This document shows positions 17,636-20,000 of a DNA stretch of 20,000 nt, one piece after another. The notes beneath the pieces are model-generated. The model made no database searches, had not been told where the DNA came from, and worked only from the letters and a program-made list of their open reading frames with translations. Every line of letters starts with the position of its first letter. Position 1 is the first letter of the stretch. The translations under genes and the position numbers were made by a program. The stretch lies in assembly GCA_964389675.1 (NCBI GenBank), contig CAYMEV010000003.1:45109-65108 (forward strand). Direction: 5' to 3'. This DNA comes from an uncultured Candidatus Sumerlaeota bacterium (GTDB lineage Bacteria; CAYMEV01).

Positions 17636-18748
17636 ATGGAAATGAGAACGAATTCAAAGATCCTGTATAATTATATATTCTTTTTCTTCTGCCTCTACCT
17701 TTTTCTTGTGAGCATCCAGGGCATAGGCTCGGCCATAGGGTTTTTCGGAAGAGATTTCGTTGAAGCACTTATCAGAACCACAAGTATTCCCCTCTTAGGA
17801 TTGATAATAGGCATCTTCACAACATCAGTGACCCAGAGCTCATCGTGTACTACAAGCATTACGGTTGGCCTGGTTTCTGCAGGCGCAATAACCCTTGAGG
17901 GTTCCATCCCTATTATAATGGGCGCAAATATAGGTACAAGCGTAACAAATATTCTGGTCAGCATGGGCATGATAGGAAATAAGGCTGAATTCCGGAGGGC
18001 ATTTGGCGGAGCGATCGTACATGATTTCTTCAATCTTTTCTGTGTCCTTCTGTTTTTTCCCCTTGAGATAAATTTCCATATTATTGAAAAGATAGCCACA
18101 GTATTATCCAATATTTTTCAGGGGACAGGGGGCATCAAAATAGCATCTCCGCTAAAGCTTGTTACAAAGCCTGCCGAGGGTTTTATACTCAATATTATTG
18201 AGTTCTTTTTTGGTGAGAAATCTTTAACAAGCGGGGTATTGGGCATTGTTCTTTTTATGGCCATTATGTTTTTTGCTCTGAGCAGATTGAGCAAAAGCAT
18301 GAAGCGGATTATAATTGGAAAGGTTCAGAACCTCATGCATGGCTACCTTTTTGCAAAACCTGTAAGAAGCCTGGTCCTGGGGCTTATTCTTACTGCGATA
18401 ATCCAGAGCAGCTCTATAACTACATCTCTCGTCGTTCCTCTTGTAGGTGCAGGGATACTTGCGATCAGGCAAATCTATCCATATATACTGGGTGCAAACC
18501 TCGGGACCACTGTAACTTCATTTCTTGCTGCGCTTGCAACAGGGAATATCCTGCCTGTCACAACCTCTCTTTGCCATTTTACCTTTAACCTCCTTGGGAT
18601 AATGGTCTTCTATCCCTTGAAAATGCTCCCTATCAGCCTTGCTGAATGGTTTTCAGGTATTGTGAGCAAGAAGAGATATATTGCAGTTATATATGTCATT
18701 CTGTTCTTTTTTGTAATTCCCCTTCTGCTATTATTAATTTTTAATTAG
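17636..18748 (+). CDS. Na+/phosphate cotransporter (NptA / SLC34-like, PNaS family)
   Basis: Two internal repeats: TSVTQSSSCTTS...IIMGANIGTSVTN and AIIQSSSITTS...ILGANLGTTVTS; FRRAFGGAIVHDFFN. ATG 17636 (or 17642) is preferred over TTG 17612. Confidence 0.92.
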   Translation: MEMRTNSKILYNYIFFFFCLYLFLVSIQGIGSAIGFFGRDFVEALIRTTSIPLLGLIIGIFTTSVTQSSSCTTSITVGLVSAGAITLEGSIPIIMGANIGTSVTNILVSMGMIGNKAEFRRAFGGAIVHDFFNLFCVLLFFPLEINFHIIEKIATVLSNIFQGTGGIKIASPLKLVTKPAEGFILNIIEFFFGEKSLTSGVLGIVLFMAIMFFALSRLSKSMKRIIIGKVQNLMHGYLFAKPVRSLVLGLILTAIIQSSSITTSLVVPLVGAGILAIRQIYPYILGANLGTTVTSFLAALATGNILPVTTSLCHFTFNLLGIMVFYPLKMLPISLAEWFSGIVSKKRYIAVIYVILFFFVIPLLLLLIFN

Positions 18749-18758
18749 GAGTACTGTT

Positions 18759-19418
18759 ATGTTTAAGGACCTGTTTAAGATTCTGAAGAAACCAAGCCTG
18801 CTGATCCAGTCCATTGAAGAAACACAAAGGATTTTAAATATTTCAAAGAGGATGTATTATTCTGCTAATGAGGCATTCATTAATGATATAATCCCTGAAG
18901 AGGATATAGAATTGCTTGATGAGGATATAAATAACCATCAGAAGGATATTAAGAGAATGATCCTTGAATATCTTGCACTGGAACCCAATATGGATGTTTA
19001 TGCATCGCTTGTCCTGATAAATATTGTAACTAATATTGAAAGGCTGGGCGACTACTCCAAGAACATATACCAGTTGTCCCTTCTCCCGAAGGTTTTCTGG
19101 AAAGAGAAATTCGGTGACCTTGCAAAAGATCTGTATCTGCAGGTAGGCGAAATCTATGATGATACCCTGATTGCCTATATGAAGTCGGACAAGCAGAAGG
19201 CAAGAGAAGTACTGGAGAAATATTCAGGGGTAAGTGCCCAATGCAAGGGCCTTCTGAAAGATCTTGCCTCACAGGAGCATGCCGACAGCAACCTGGTCGT
19301 CATAACACTCTATATCAGATATATGAAAAGGGTAAGCTCTCATCTGATGCATGTTGCCCAGTCTGTTGACAGCCCCTTTGAATCAATAGGGTTTCACATG
19401 GGCAGGGATGATGAATAA
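18759..19418 (+). CDS. PhoU-domain protein
   Basis: DEDINNHQKDIKRMILEYL, NIERLGDYSKNI and a second repeat YMKRVSSHLMHVA; directly downstream of the Na/Pi transporter with an AGGAG RBS. Confidence 0.85.
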   Translation: MFKDLFKILKKPSLLIQSIEETQRILNISKRMYYSANEAFINDIIPEEDIELLDEDINNHQKDIKRMILEYLALEPNMDVYASLVLINIVTNIERLGDYSKNIYQLSLLPKVFWKEKFGDLAKDLYLQVGEIYDDTLIAYMKSDKQKAREVLEKYSGVSAQCKGLLKDLASQEHADSNLVVITLYIRYMKRVSSHLMHVAQSVDSPFESIGFHMGRDDE

Positions 19419-19477
19419 TATTGATTTTCTGGTAAAAAGTGCTAATTAATTTATTTTAATTGATATATTTGTTTTCA

Positions 19478-19486
19478 TGATATAAA
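19478..19486 (+). promoter_or_regulatory. Possible extended -10 promoter for tRNA-Leu/tig
   Basis: TG-A-TATAAA at 19478-19486, 18 nt before the tRNA; TTGATA at 19460-19465 (spacer only 15 nt). Confidence 0.35.
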
Positions 19487-19504
19487 AGAATTTTGAAATA
19501 ATTT

Positions 19505-19586
19505 GCGAAAGTGGCGGAATTGGCAGACGCGCTGGACTTAGGATCCAGTAGGGCAACCTGTGGGGGTTCAAATCCCCCCTTTCGCA
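19505..19586 (+). tRNA. tRNA-Leu (anticodon TAG)
   Basis: Acceptor stem GCGAAAG/CTTTCGC + discriminator A; D-arm TGGCGGAATTGGCAGACGC; anticodon arm CTGGA-CT-TAG-GA-TCCAG (TAG at 19539-19541); long variable arm; T-arm GGGGG-TTCAAAT-CCCCC. No encoded CCA. Confidence 0.97.
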
Positions 19587-19610
19587 TGAAATATTATAAT
19601 GAGGTGGAAG

Positions 19611-20000
19611 ATGATGGAAATTACCAAAGAAATGCTAAACTCTTATGAAATGCAGATAAAAGCAGAGATCGATAAGGAAGAGATCCAAAAGAAATACAAT
19701 GAAAAATACGATTATCTACAAAAGAATGTAGAACTTAAGGGTTTCAGAAAGGGTAAAGCCCCTATCGCTCTGATAAAGATGAAGCTTGATGAGGCCTTTA
19801 CAAAAGAGTTCTCTAATGAGCTTGCAGAGGGATATATCAATGATTATGTCAAGGAGAATAAAATAGAAAAGCTGTCGAGATTCGAGCTGAAGGAATCGGA
19901 GCTTGAAGAGGGCAGGCCTTTCAGGTTCACAGCTGTATTTCAGGTCAGACCAGAACTAAATATCGAGGACAGCATCTATAAGGGGATTAAACTGGTAAAG
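19611..20000 (+). CDS. tig: Trigger factor, 3'-truncated by the window edge (absent from the ORF track)
   Basis: Manual translation gives MMEITKEMLNSYEMQIKAEIDKEEIQKKYNEKYDYLQKNVELKGFRKGKAP...FRFTAVFQVRPELNIEDSIYKGIKLVK; ribosome-binding signature GFRKGKAP; RBS GAGGT at 19601-19605; typical tRNA-Leu-tig order. Confidence 0.95.
   Translation, partial: MMEITKEMLNSYEMQIKAEIDKEEIQKKYNEKYDYLQKNVELKGFRKGKAPIALIKMKLDEAFTKEFSNELAEGYINDYVKENKIEKLSRFELKESELEEGRPFRFTAVFQVRPELNIEDSIYKGIKLVK

Noticed and set aside
267..19272. The many other 60-170 aa ORFs nested in or antisense to the main genes
   Set aside because: All overlap well-supported genes and show no recognisable motifs.
1..20000. CRISPR array, tandem repeats, transposase, integrase, prophage or defence genes
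   Set aside because: No regularly spaced direct repeats seen, no duplicated tRNA 3' end, and nearly all coding space is explained by housekeeping or envelope genes.

Overview
Gene-dense, fairly AT-rich, mostly housekeeping region of a diderm bacterium (lipoprotein and outer-membrane beta-barrel genes are present). On the + strand a tightly packed run reads dnaB (5'-truncated)-mlaE-mlaF-long mlaD-hsp20-lon. A TyrP/Mtr-family amino acid permease follows on the - strand, then a ~470 bp divergent intergenic region. Next come guaB, a TPR lipoprotein, comEC, a GT4 glycosyltransferase and a YafK/DpaA-type L,D-transpeptidase-family gene (+), converging on a DUF481-like beta-barrel and a SAM methyltransferase (-). 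The window ends with a Na/Pi cotransporter, a PhoU-domain gene, tRNA-Leu(TAG) and trigger factor (3'-truncated, absent from the ORF track). I see no CRISPR array, transposase, integrase, prophage or defence system. The most notable items are (1) a three-gene MlaEFD system whose MlaD has a TM + MCE + long helical + C-terminal beta-barrel-like architecture, as in trans-envelope lipid bridges, and (2) an unexplained, GC-richer, inverted-repeat-rich block at ~8419-8649 lying between two divergent promoter regions. All family calls come from motif recognition by eye; no database search was run.
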